The notes under the pieces: generated by a model
Database searches by the model: none
Told to the model about the DNA's origin: nothing
The model's input: only the letters and a program-made list of their open reading frames with translations
In this document: positions 11,911-22,400 of the stretch, piece after piece
Numbering within the stretch: the first letter of the stretch is position 1
Layout of the letters: each line of letters opens with the position of its first letter
Program-made: the position numbers and the translations under genes
Assembly: GCA_965217775.1 (NCBI GenBank)
Contig: CBDCJH010000002.1
Coordinates: 512,001 to 576,000, forward strand
Reading direction: 5' to 3'
Source of the DNA: Acidobacteriota bacterium
GTDB taxonomy: Bacteria; Acidobacteriota; UBA6911; RPQK01; JAJDTT01
DNA length: 64,000 bases

Positions 11911-12807
11911 CTACTTGAGGAGGTCCAGGCCCCGCAACACCGTTTCCACTTGCTCGAGGCCCCTCTCGGTCGGCTGAGCAAAGGGACGGGGAGTGAAGTT
12001 TCCGGGGACGCCCCTCAGGTTCATGGCGGAGGTGAAACCGGCGAATACCGAGTCGTAGGCCACGACCTCCCTCAAACGCAGGAGCTTCCTCTGGGCCGCG
12101 GCGGACCCTTCCACGTCTCCCTTCCGGAAAGTTCGGTAGATCTCGACTCCATATTCGGGCGCCAATGCGAAGAGCCCCTCGATGATTCCCACGGCGCCCA
12201 AATGCAGCGCCAAATCAAAGAAGGTCGTGTGTCCGGAGAGGACCGCGAACTCCGACCCACGGAAATGCTCCGCGGAACGTCGAAAGGCGAGAAAGTCTCC
12301 GGACGCCTTCAACCCCACGATATTGGGGTGCTCGGCCAACTCCCGGACCAGTTCGAATTCCAACGAATGGCCCGTGAGTCCCGGGTTGTCGTACGGATAG
12401 ACCGGGAGGCTGGTCCGGGAAGCCACGCCGGTGAAGTAGTCGTGGAGCTCGGTCTGACTGAAGCGGAAGATAAACGGGGGGATCAGAGCCACCCCGGTCA
12501 GGGGATAGTTCTCCGCGAGCCGGATTCGCGCCAGGGTGCGTTCCGTGCTGGTGTCGCCGCATCCCACGATCACGGGCACGGCCCCCCTCACTTCGTCGAT
12601 GGCCACCTCCACGGCTTCCACGAAGACCTCGTCCTTGAGCATCTGCATGCAGCCCATGGACCCCAGCACCAGAAGGCCGTCCACGCCGGCGGCCAACTGC
12701 ATCCGGATCTGCTTCCTCATGCCCTCCTCGTGGAGGTCCTCGTACCGATCCAGGGGTGTCCCCAGCGCAGTCACCACGCCTTGTAGCGTTCCTCGAAGTG
12801 GATTCAT
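11911..12807 (-). CDS. DapA/NAL-family class I aldolase
   Basis: GSMG anion-binding loop, YDNP, Schiff-base Lys in VGLKAS. Confidence 0.9.
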   Translation of the reverse strand: MNPLRGTLQGVVTALGTPLDRYEDLHEEGMRKQIRMQLAAGVDGLLVLGSMGCMQMLKDEVFVEAVEVAIDEVRGAVPVIVGCGDTSTERTLARIRLAENYPLTGVALIPPFIFRFSQTELHDYFTGVASRTSLPVYPYDNPGLTGHSLEFELVRELAEHPNIVGLKASGDFLAFRRSAEHFRGSEFAVLSGHTTFFDLALHLGAVGIIEGLFALAPEYGVEIYRTFRKGDVEGSAAAQRKLLRLREVVAYDSVFAGFTSAMNLRGVPGNFTPRPFAQPTERGLEQVETVLRGLDLLK

Positions 12808-12847
12808 AGTCTCCTCAATGTCTGCGGCGGACGCTCACCGATCCCAG

Positions 12848-13777
12848 TCAGCCGATCTCGTCCTCCAGAAAGTGGGCGAACTTTTCTTCCAAAGTAGCCC
12901 GAAGCCGCTCGATCCTCCCGGCCGGCGCCGCTTCCGACGGAGGACGGGGAGGCCCCGCCTTGAAGTAGCCGGCCGCGTTCACCGTGGCCTTGGTGAGGGA
13001 AGTGTCGTTGTAGCCTTCTCCTGCCAGCGGGATGATAGCTTCCTGCAAGATCTCGTTGCACTGGTGCTGGTAGGCCATGGCTTGGGCCACGTCCCCGCCG
13101 CGGATCGCCTTCCACCATCTCTGCATGAAGGCGGGGAAGGCATAGACGAAGCTGGCCATGACTCCGTTGCCGCCCACCAGGTGGCTCACGCCCCAAAGCT
13201 GCTCCAGGGGGAAGTGGGGGATTTCGGTTCGCCGCAGGCAGTTGAGGTAGAGATTCACGTCGGCGCCGATCATCTTCACGCCGGCCACGGTGGGGATTTT
13301 CTGCAACTCCACAAAGTCCGAGTCGTTGAGGAGCAGCTTGGTGGTGCCGGGGTTGTTGTAGACGATGATGCCCAGGCCGGGGCAGGCTTCCGAAAGATCG
13401 CGGAAGTACTGGTAGGCTTCCGCCTTGGTCAGGGTCTGGTAGAAGGGGACGACGTTCATCACCCCTTCGGCCCCTTCCTCCATGGCGATGCGTGAGCGGC
13501 GAATCGACTCCTCGGTATTGACGGCGCTGGCTCCCACGACGACCTTGGTCCGGGTTCCCTGGCATTCTTCCACCGTGATCCGGCTGATGGTGCGCAGTTC
13601 CTCGTCGTTGACCACGAAGAACTCGCCGTTGGTCCCGGTGGTGATGATGCCGTCCACTTCCATCCGAACCAGCTTCCGGATGTTGTAACGAAACCCTTCC
13701 GTGTCGAGATGGAATCGGTCGTCGAAGGGGGTGACCACGAGTACGTAAAGACCGTCCATGTTCTGTCTCGTCAGCAT
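12848..13777 (-). CDS. DapA/NAL-family class I aldolase
   Basis: VTPF, GTNGE, YNNP, Lys in AGVKM; AGGAG RBS before ATG 13777. Confidence 0.9.
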   Translation of the reverse strand: MLTRQNMDGLYVLVVTPFDDRFHLDTEGFRYNIRKLVRMEVDGIITTGTNGEFFVVNDEELRTISRITVEECQGTRTKVVVGASAVNTEESIRRSRIAMEEGAEGVMNVVPFYQTLTKAEAYQYFRDLSEACPGLGIIVYNNPGTTKLLLNDSDFVELQKIPTVAGVKMIGADVNLYLNCLRRTEIPHFPLEQLWGVSHLVGGNGVMASFVYAFPAFMQRWWKAIRGGDVAQAMAYQHQCNEILQEAIIPLAGEGYNDTSLTKATVNAAGYFKAGPPRPPSEAAPAGRIERLRATLEEKFAHFLEDEIG

Positions 13778-13879
13778 TTCTCTTCTCCTTAGAACTGTTC
13801 GTTTGGCCGTTTGAGCCAACCTGACGCCGGGCCAGTCTACTACGACGGTTGCCCCCTCGCAGTCAAGCCTCAGGGCGGA

Positions 13880-15370
13880 TCATTGGGAAGCGTCCCAGAC
13901 CGTCTCCGGCTCGAATGGATAGAGGGGCCGGGGACGGTGCCGGTAGTCGAAGTGAGCGGGATTGGCCGAGGTTATTCCGGGAGTGTCCACGTAGATCAGC
14001 CCACTGGAAACCGGCTCGTAGGCCGCCACCGGAGCGATGGCCCCCTTGGCCACCAGAATCCGGTACGACTTCGGCTTGATGCCCAGGCTCAAGACCTGTT
14101 CCAGGCTCATGGGCGCCATCCTGAGCGAGGTCAGAACCATGGCGTGACCTTCTGGTGTTTCCACCAGTGCGGTGAGCCCCTGGTTGTTGAAACGGGCGCC
14201 GCCGTGACGGGCCTCATCCTCCACGAAGGCGCCGTCGTGCAGGCAACGGACCCGCCCCCGAATGGGGATGGGCGGCCCGTGCAGGTCATCGCTCTTCCCG
14301 CCCACTCGCAGCGAGACTTCCGTTCCCACTCCGGAGGCGACGCAGGCCTGGACGGCGGCCGGGTCGAACAGGACCACCAGGGCGGGGCCGGAGCCGGTCC
14401 GAATCACTTCCTGCAGGATGAGGGTGCCGTCGGCGGGGCTGCCGCCACCCACGTTGTCGCCCACGTCCAACAGCGTGACGGGTCCTGCATCGGCGTCCAT
14501 GGCTGCTTCGACGGCCTCCCTGATGGGAGTCCCCAGCAGGGTCAGCTCGTCTCGAAGTTCCCAGGCCCGGCGCGCCAGGCCCAGCGCCTCCTTCCGGGCC
14601 AGCGCCCGATCGCCGTCGGTCACGACCAGAAACGCCGGGCCCATCTCCTCCACGTCGGCGTAGGCGAACCCGGGCGCGATGCTGGCCGATATGATCCCGT
14701 CCTGCTCGAGCAAGTCCTCCATCCGCCGATAGAGGCCGGCCATGGGTTCCTGGCGGGTCCCTTGGGCCAGGATGCTGATACAGAGTGGAGGTTTGACCAG
14801 TGACTGCACCGGCCGGATCCTGCCTGCAACCGTCTCCGCCAGGATCCGGGCCGCTTCCCGGCCCCGTTCCCGCTGATCCAGATGGGGGTAGGTCCGATAG
14901 ATGGTGGTGGCGGTGACGCTCTCGATCATGAGTGGGGAAACGTTGGCATGAAGGTCCAGCGTCATGACGATGGGTAGATCCGGGCCCACCAACCGGCGGA
15001 TCCTGGCCGCGGTCCGGCCGTCGGCGTCCCGGACGTGCTGCGCCACCATCGCCCCGTGCAGGGCCAGGAGCAGTCCGTCCAGGGATTGGCCCGAGATCCG
15101 GTCCAGAATCTCCTCCAGTATCCCCTCGTAGGCTTCTTCCTGTACGGGACCCGCGGGCATGGCCGTGCCGGTGACCAGGGGGACCGTCTCGAGTCCCAGA
15201 GCCGGCAGCACCTCCAGCATGCCTCCGATCTCGTGATGGGCCTCACTCCAGTGGGAGAAGACCTCCTGGCCCGATACCAGGCAGGTGTCCTGGAACATCT
15301 CCCGGGTGGTGGGGACCGGATAGAAGGTGTTGGACTCGTGCATCAGGGAAGCGAGACCGACCCTCTTCAA
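13880..15370 (-). CDS. M81-family metallopeptidase (MlrC-like)
   Basis: HESNTF, LHGAM, DLHAN, YPHLD, DNVGGG and VDTPG motifs. Confidence 0.92.
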   Translation of the reverse strand: MKRVGLASLMHESNTFYPVPTTREMFQDTCLVSGQEVFSHWSEAHHEIGGMLEVLPALGLETVPLVTGTAMPAGPVQEEAYEGILEEILDRISGQSLDGLLLALHGAMVAQHVRDADGRTAARIRRLVGPDLPIVMTLDLHANVSPLMIESVTATTIYRTYPHLDQRERGREAARILAETVAGRIRPVQSLVKPPLCISILAQGTRQEPMAGLYRRMEDLLEQDGIISASIAPGFAYADVEEMGPAFLVVTDGDRALARKEALGLARRAWELRDELTLLGTPIREAVEAAMDADAGPVTLLDVGDNVGGGSPADGTLILQEVIRTGSGPALVVLFDPAAVQACVASGVGTEVSLRVGGKSDDLHGPPIPIRGRVRCLHDGAFVEDEARHGGARFNNQGLTALVETPEGHAMVLTSLRMAPMSLEQVLSLGIKPKSYRILVAKGAIAPVAAYEPVSSGLIYVDTPGITSANPAHFDYRHRPRPLYPFEPETVWDASQ

Positions 15371-15419
15371 CAGTAGACCTCCGTGGAATGTGGTGGGATG
15401 CGGGTGTTTCGAAAACCGG

Positions 15420-16169
15420 TCAACCGGTCACCCAAAGTTTGACCGCGAAGACGACGATGGTGATCGTCACCACCCGCTTGACCCAGGCGTGGCCCTTCAG
15501 GACGGTGAACCGGACGCCTAGCTGCCCTCCCAGAAAGGTCCCCACGGCCAGGACCAGGCCGGGGAGCCAAAGGACCTTTCCCTGAGAAACGAAGATGGCG
15601 AGAGAGACGATGGTGAAGGCCAGAATGCTCAACACCTTGACCGCGTTCCCCCGGACCAGGTCCAGACCGGCCATGGTGGTGGCGGCCAGCACCAGGAACC
15701 CGACGCCCGCCTGAACGAACCCCCCGTAGACGCCGGTCAGGAAGAAACCGAATGCCAGAACCGGCAGGCGAACGCTCCCCTTACGGCTGGATGGATCCTT
15801 CTTGGCGAGAGGGTCCCAGAGGGTCCACAGGGTCACGGCGATCATGAGGAAGGCCAGAACCTTGCGAAAAGCGGCATCTCCGATGGAGAGAGCGAGGACG
15901 GTGCCCGCGACGGCTCCCAGGCTGGCGGGGAGAGCCGCCCAGAGGATGGACTTCCAGTCCATCAGACGGTTCCGGTGGAATCCCCAGACAGCGCCCACGT
16001 TCTGGAAGAAGATGCCCACCCGGTTGGTGCCGTTGGCGACGGTGGCCGGAAGACCCATGAAGATCAGAATGGGCAGCGTCAGGAAGGAGCCTCCGCCGGC
16101 GATGACGTTCAAGGCGCCGGCGACAAAACCGGCCAGGACCAGCAAGGGATACAGCCACGGATCGGTCAC
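15420..16169 (-). CDS. TauE/SafE-family transporter
   Basis: AGGGSFLTLP, ANGTNR, YGGFVQAG; about eight hydrophobic helices. Confidence 0.9.
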   Translation of the reverse strand: MTDPWLYPLLVLAGFVAGALNVIAGGGSFLTLPILIFMGLPATVANGTNRVGIFFQNVGAVWGFHRNRLMDWKSILWAALPASLGAVAGTVLALSIGDAAFRKVLAFLMIAVTLWTLWDPLAKKDPSSRKGSVRLPVLAFGFFLTGVYGGFVQAGVGFLVLAATTMAGLDLVRGNAVKVLSILAFTIVSLAIFVSQGKVLWLPGLVLAVGTFLGGQLGVRFTVLKGHAWVKRVVTITIVVFAVKLWVTG

Positions 16170-16189
16170 GACGCACCATCATAGGGGGA

Positions 16190-16220
16190 AAATTCCAAAT
16201 CGCAAATTCCAAATCCCAAA
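16190..16220. repeat. Short heptamer tandem repeat
   Basis: aaattcc aaatcgc aaattcc aaatccc aaa in otherwise GC-rich intergenic DNA. Confidence 0.65.
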
Positions 16221-16234
16221 CTGACGACCGGGAG

Positions 16235-16267
16235 CGGAGTTCGGCGGTTTCCAACCGCCGAACTCCG
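16235..16267. repeat. Perfect 15-bp-arm palindrome (REP-like; possible terminator or stabiliser)
   Basis: cggagttcggcggtt-tcc-aaccgccgaactccg; no following poly-U tract. Confidence 0.7.
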
Positions 16268-16404
16268 GACGAAGCATGGGGGCATGAGCGCCCGGAGGAT
16301 AAATGGGCGAACGGAGGTCGCCCGTCCAAGGTCCACTTCATTTTTCCAAGGAGTGCTCAGCCAGGGAGATCCTCGACGGGATTTCGACACTCGAGCCGGA
16401 TCGG

Positions 16405-18048
16405 TCAGTGGGGGATCTTCCCGGAATCCGCCAGTCGCCGGCTCAGGACCCGGATGCCCTCCCGGTAAACTCGAAGCACCGATTCCCGGTCCCGGGCACT
16501 GGAAAATGACGCCCGGGAACGAATCTTCGCCACGCTCGCCTCCATCTCCGCCAACAGCGATCGGGCGACCTCGGGCCGGAAGATGGACCGGCCGTGCAGT
16601 TGGAGATAGATGGGGCTGGTGTGAGCGAAGAGGGGCCGGTCCAGTTCGTTGCCGGGCAGTTCGTGGGGGATGCGAAGAGCCACCCATCCGGGCTCGGAAA
16701 CCTCCAATGCAAAGTCCAGGTCGGCCACGAAGTGGGCTCCCGAAGGACGGCTCGAGACGGCATGGACCACGCGGCCGTTGACAACCAGCTCCAAGGCCTT
16801 GAAGTCCAGGCGACCCACCCCTCGGCCTCGGATCCTCACCGTCTCCTTTCCGGTCAGCGAGATCGTGCCACCGGGTCGATGTTCCCCAGCTTCGAACTCC
16901 AGGAAGGGGCCATTGGTGATGTAGGAGCGCCCGTGCGAGAGGATCTCCAGCCATTCCCGCTCGGTGACAGGTCCCTCCATAGGGACGTAGACCCGGGAGA
17001 AGTCATAGATGAACCAATCGGTCCCGGTCGAGAAGGGCGCCTTGAGTCCCAGGTTCAGGTAGCGGTAGAAGGTTTCGTCGTACTCCGATACCGATCCACC
17101 GTCGAAGATGTTCTGGGCGTCCACCAAGCCGGCCATCCAATTGGGAATGTCCTCGTGACCGTTGGCGTTGTGGCACCAGATGACGGTGCCGCCGTCCTGC
17201 CGCGCCTCCCGGATTCCCGTCTGCAGGGGACGGCCGTCGGTGCCCGCACCCATGATGCCGGGCCCGATGCTCACCGGCCGGATCAGCTTGAGCAGGTTCA
17301 GAAGCATCACGTGGCCGTACCCCTGTTCTCCCCGGCCGAAGTTGTGGCGGTGCTCTTCACCCCATCCGAAGACGATTCCGTCGCCGGAGAGCCGGGCCAG
17401 GTCACTCCGGGTGAAACCGTTGGTGGTATAGCGGGCCTCGTCCGGCATCCTCCGCAAGTAGGAAACGAACAGTAGATCCAGTCCATCCCCCAGAGGCACC
17501 TCGCGCAAGTAGCGTTCGGCGTCCCGGAAGGTGATGTTCATGAGGTGGAGATGGGTATTGCCGGATTTCAGCCCTCTGGCCCGGGGGTCATAGATGCGGC
17601 GTAGGGGCAGCTGGATCTCCTCCCGGCTCTTCCCGGACAAGTCCAAGGACCGTGCCGTTTTCTCCGTCTCCAGTCCATGCAGCGCCTCGATCAACAGTTT
17701 CGTGCGGGGAACCGCAATCTCGGCGGATGGAGGCATCGTGTGCCAGCCACCGGCCCGGTGAAAGAGCCCCGGCAGCTCCAGCGCCTCGTCCCGGCTTTCA
17801 GGGGTGACCCGGATCAACCCCGGGAGCTCGATCCCGGATCCCTCCTCCGTCAGAGACACCTTCAGATTGCAGACCTCGTGACCCGCCAGGGCCCCGGTTC
17901 CCACCGGACGCGCCAGGGCGGCCACGTTGTGCCGCTTGAGAAAGGCGGCGCGGGTGCTCTCGTGCGCCCGGACCGGAACCATCAGCATCAGGACCGCCGG
18001 CACCAGGACGCTTATCGCCAGGGCGGGTCGTTGAAACGGGTCCTTCAT
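16405..18048 (-). CDS. CehA/McbA-like PHP-fold metallohydrolase, secreted
   Basis: Signal peptide; GNTHLH, GEEHRH, GHV, WCH, GTD, ITNGP and FAHTSPIY motifs. Confidence 0.8.
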   Translation of the reverse strand: MKDPFQRPALAISVLVPAVLMLMVPVRAHESTRAAFLKRHNVAALARPVGTGALAGHEVCNLKVSLTEEGSGIELPGLIRVTPESRDEALELPGLFHRAGGWHTMPPSAEIAVPRTKLLIEALHGLETEKTARSLDLSGKSREEIQLPLRRIYDPRARGLKSGNTHLHLMNITFRDAERYLREVPLGDGLDLLFVSYLRRMPDEARYTTNGFTRSDLARLSGDGIVFGWGEEHRHNFGRGEQGYGHVMLLNLLKLIRPVSIGPGIMGAGTDGRPLQTGIREARQDGGTVIWCHNANGHEDIPNWMAGLVDAQNIFDGGSVSEYDETFYRYLNLGLKAPFSTGTDWFIYDFSRVYVPMEGPVTEREWLEILSHGRSYITNGPFLEFEAGEHRPGGTISLTGKETVRIRGRGVGRLDFKALELVVNGRVVHAVSSRPSGAHFVADLDFALEVSEPGWVALRIPHELPGNELDRPLFAHTSPIYLQLHGRSIFRPEVARSLLAEMEASVAKIRSRASFSSARDRESVLRVYREGIRVLSRRLADSGKIPH

Positions 18049-18244
18049 GGAAGCCTCCTCATTGGGGAATATGGGCGTGATCGTACCACCTCCCGCTTCG
18101 GGTCACGAAACCGGAAGAGCGGAGCATAGGATTCCGGTTCCGAGGGAACGAACAGACCCGGCGTGCCGTATAGTATGCTGAATCCCGAAGCGCCGCCTCT
18201 GATTGGAATTCACCGGCTATCGGCGGCTCCTCTCGTGGTCCGCA

Positions 18245-19459
18245 ATGAAAATCCGGGTGAAGGTCTACGGTTTCCTGGCTATTGTCGCGGTTCTGGCCGC
18301 CGCTTGGCACTTTGGATCTCCCTACCTGGACAAGGACTCCAAAGATCCGTCCGCCGATGCCTCTCAAGAGGAAAAATCGGACGAAGGGGCAATCCCGGTC
18401 CAGTTGGAGCAAGTGAGTCAGGGATCCATTTCCTCGTTCCTGACCTCGACGTCCAACCTGAGGGCTCTTCGTGAAGTGGACCTTATGGCCCAGACGGAAG
18501 GGACCGTTCGTCGCGTTGCGGCCGAAGAGGGCGATTATGTCCAAGAGGGACAGCTACTGTGTGTCCTGGACGATCGGGAGCTGGTGATCCGCCGCCGGCT
18601 CACAGAGGAGAAGCTGGCCCAGACCCGGATCCAGTTGGAGAAGGCCCGGATCCGGGGGCAGAAGGCCCAGGTCCAGATCAAGAACACGTCCCTGGAATTG
18701 GACCGGAAGGAGCGGGCCTTCGCCGATGACCTGGTCAGCGAGGAGGAGGTGGCCACGCTCCGCTACCAGATCGCCGAATTGGAACACGACGAGCGCGCTG
18801 CCGCGTCCGAGGTGAGGGAGTTCACCCACCGGGTCAGCGAGCTGGAAACCGAAATCGAGCAGGTCCAACTGGAGATCTCCCGCAGTGAGCTTCGTGCCCC
18901 CTTTTCCGGCCACATCACGCGGCGCACCGTTGAGCTTGGCCAGACGGTCCGCGGATCGGACGCGTTGTTCCGGTTGGGCGCCTTTTCGCCCCTCTATGCC
19001 GATGTCCACGTGGCCGAGCGGGAAGCTCGCCTGGTGCGTCCCGGACAGGCGGCGGCGGTGGGGCTCGACGCCGGAGGGACGGAGTCGAGCCAGGGACGGG
19101 TGATCCGCATCAGTCCCGTCGTGGACGAGTCCACCGGAACGGTCAAGGTCACCATCGAATTGGTCTCCTCTAATTCCTTCTTCAAGCCGGGAGCCTTTGT
19201 CCGGGTGGACATCCGCACCGACACCCGGGAGCAGGCCACCATCGTCCCCAGAAGGGCGCTTCGGGAGCAGGACGGCGAGAGTTTCGTCTTCCTGGTCCGG
19301 GATGGAGTGGCCCACCGGCGTCCCGTGCGCCTGGGCTATCAGCGGGACCAGGAGGTCGAAGTCCTGGAGGGCGTCGACCCCGGCGACCCCCTCGTGGTGG
19401 CCGGCCACGGCCAGTTGAACGAGGGCTCCAAGGTCCGGGTAACCGGGCAAGGCCAGTGA
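18245..19459 (+). CDS. RND efflux periplasmic adaptor (MFP)
   Basis: N-terminal TM helix, EGDYVQEGQLL lipoyl half, long coiled coil, RAPFSG, ISPVVD..TGTVKV. Confidence 0.93.
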   Translation: MKIRVKVYGFLAIVAVLAAAWHFGSPYLDKDSKDPSADASQEEKSDEGAIPVQLEQVSQGSISSFLTSTSNLRALREVDLMAQTEGTVRRVAAEEGDYVQEGQLLCVLDDRELVIRRRLTEEKLAQTRIQLEKARIRGQKAQVQIKNTSLELDRKERAFADDLVSEEEVATLRYQIAELEHDERAAASEVREFTHRVSELETEIEQVQLEISRSELRAPFSGHITRRTVELGQTVRGSDALFRLGAFSPLYADVHVAEREARLVRPGQAAAVGLDAGGTESSQGRVIRISPVVDESTGTVKVTIELVSSNSFFKPGAFVRVDIRTDTREQATIVPRRALREQDGESFVFLVRDGVAHRRPVRLGYQRDQEVEVLEGVDPGDPLVVAGHGQLNEGSKVRVTGQGQ

Positions 19460-19469
19460 CCGCCAGCCG

Positions 19470-22400
19470 ATGAGAACCGTCAGGACCGCGATCCGCCGCC
19501 CGGTCACCGTCTCCATGTTCGTGGTGGCCGTCTGTCTCTTCGGAGCGGTTTCGGTCGATCGCCTCTCGCTGGATCTCCTGCCCGACATCTCCTATCCCTC
19601 ATTGACGATTCAGACCGAGTTCGAGGACGCGGCTCCGGAAGAAGTCGAGGCGCTGGTCACCCGTCCCGTCGAGGAGAACGTCGGGGTGGTTCCGGGTCTC
19701 TCCCGGATCAGCTCGATTTCCCGGCCGGGCCAATCGGAAGTCATCCTGGAATTCGGCTGGGACACGGACATGGACCTGGCGGTCATGGACGTGAGGGAGA
19801 AGCTGGATCTGGCCAACCTCCCGACGGACGCGGAGAAGCCGGTGATCCTGCGCTTCGATCCCGCCTATGACCCGGTCATGAGGCTCCATCTGTATGGGGA
19901 CGCCCCCCTCAGCCGAATCCGGGACCTGGCGGAGCGAAAGGTGAAGCAAGGTCTGGAATCGACCTCGGGAGTGGCGGCGGTCAAAGTGGCCGGCGGCCGG
20001 GAGGAGCAGATCCGGATCGAGATCGACGAGAAACGGCTGGCCGAGCTGAACATTCCAGTCAGCGAGGTCAGCAGCGTCATTCGCGAGGCGAACCTCAATC
20101 AGGCCAGCGGGAGCCTGTACGACCTGGACGCCAACTACCTGGTCCGGGTGCTCAACGAGTTCCAATCGGTCGAGGAGATTCGGAATCTTATCGTTCGGAA
20201 TCTGGACGGACGCCAAGTGGTTCTGGGAGACGTGGCCAGAGTCTGGCGGGGGACCAAGGAACGGGACGTCATATCCCGCTTCAACGGCCGGGAGAGTGTG
20301 GAGCTGCGCATCTACAAGGAGGGCGACGCCAACGCGGTGGCGGTTTCCGAAGCGGTGAGAGAACGCCTGGAGCAGCTCAAGCAGCAGAAGACCTATCCCG
20401 GCGAGTTGACCCACGAGATCGTCTACGACCAAGCGCAGTTCATCAGTCTGGCGGTCCGGAACGTGGCGGCGGCGGCCCTCCTGGGAGGATTGCTGGCAAC
20501 GTTGGTCCTGTTCGTCTTCCTGCGGGACCTTCGCAGCACCGCCACCATCGGCCTCTCCATCCCGATTTCCGTCATGGCCACGTTTACCTTGATGTACCAG
20601 ACCGGCGTGACCCTGAACATCATGTCGCTGGGCGGAGTGGCCTTGGGAGTCGGCATGCTGGTGGACAATTCCATCGTGGTGCTGGAATCGATCCACCGGC
20701 ATCGACGGCGGAACCCGGACTTGGCGGAGGCCGTCTATCAGGGCACCCGTGAGGTGGGTCAGGCCGTGGCGGCGTCGACTCTGACCACGGTGGCCGTCTT
20801 TCTGCCCCTGATCTTCGTGGAGGGGATTGCGGGCCAGCTCTTCAAGGATCAGGCCCTGACCATCACCTACTCCCTCCTCGCCTCCCTGGCCGTCGCCCTT
20901 ACCGTCATTCCCATGGTCCTGTCCCGGCGGAGGATCGCGGTGGAGCCGGTCGCCCAGTCCGGCACCGGACAGGTTCCGGCGGCAGGCGGCGAGGAAGCCC
21001 GGCTGGCGCGTCTGATCCGAGCCGCGGGACGCGGCGGGGCGCGGGTCTTGAGGTTCCTCACCGTGGATCTGGTTCTGGTCGTGGTTGGCGACCTGAGACG
21101 TTTGCTCAGGACTCTGGGACGAGGCCTGCTGAAACCCCTGAACCCCTTGCTGGGGCGGTTCGATTCCGGCTTCGAGTCTCTGCGGCGAACCTATCCCCGC
21201 TTCCTGGCCTGGTCTCTCGACCACAAGGGGAGCGTATTGGCTCTCACCTTGGGCCTGGTGGGTGCCAGCGCCGGGCTGGCCCAGTTTCTCGGGGCCGAGT
21301 TGATCCCATCCCTGGTTCAGGGAAAGTTCTCCTTCGAGATCCAGCTTCCCCAAGGGAAGCCTTTGGAAGAGACCGATCGGATCATCCGGCAGGTGGAGAG
21401 CCAGGTGTTGGCTCTGGACGGGGTGGCCACCGTCTTCTCCAGCGTGGGAGGAGGGGCCGATGACCAGTTCGCGACGGGTCCGCTCGAAGAGCACCGGGGC
21501 TGGATTCACGTCTCCATGGAGGACGGCCGTGACAAAGCGGGCGAGGAGCGTGTGATCGGCCGCACCAGAAGTCTGCTGGGACGATATCCGGGACTCACCC
21601 ACCTGTTCGGCCGGCCCACCCTCTTCAGCTTCAGAGAGCCGGTGGAGGTGGAGATCTACAGCTACGACCTCGCTCAACAGCGGAGCATCGCCGAGAAGGT
21701 GATGGCTCGGCTCTCCGGGATCGACGGCCTGGCCGATGTTCAGAGTTCGACCCGATTGGGGAACCCCGAGGTCCGGATCAGTTTTCGGCGGGAGCAATTG
21801 GCCCGGCTGGGCCTGGACGAAGGTCAGGCGGCTGAGATCCTGAGGAGCAAGATCCGCGGCGACGTGGCCTCCCGCTACCGGGACCAGGAGAGACAGCTCG
21901 ATATTCTGGTCCAGGCGGCCGAATCGGATCGGGACGCCATTGAGGATGTTCGCGATCTCGTCATCAATACTCGGCTGGACCGCACCGGCGCCGGCGGAAA
22001 TCGGCGTGGTACCGGGGACGGTGCCCGGTCCGGCGAAGGCGGCACGCGGTCCGGATCGAATCCGGCGCGGACGGAGCTGGAATCCGATACCGAGGAAGAG
22101 AACTCCCAAGTGCCGATCCGGTTGGGATCCGTGGCCCAGGTGCAGCTTTCGCGGGGACCCGGTGAGATTCGCCGCGTGGGTTCCCAACGGGCGGCCGTGG
22201 TGTCGGCCAACCTGGCGGGAGCGGATCTGGGCACCGTCTCCCAAAAGATCGAGGCCGAGCTCTCCGGAATGTCCCGAGAGCTGCCGCCCGATTCAGTGGT
22301 GACTCTGGGTGGGCAACACCGCGAATACGACCGTTCCCGGAGCAGCCTGCTCTTCGCTCTGGCTCTGGCGGTGCTCCTGGTCTACCTGGTGATGGCGTCG

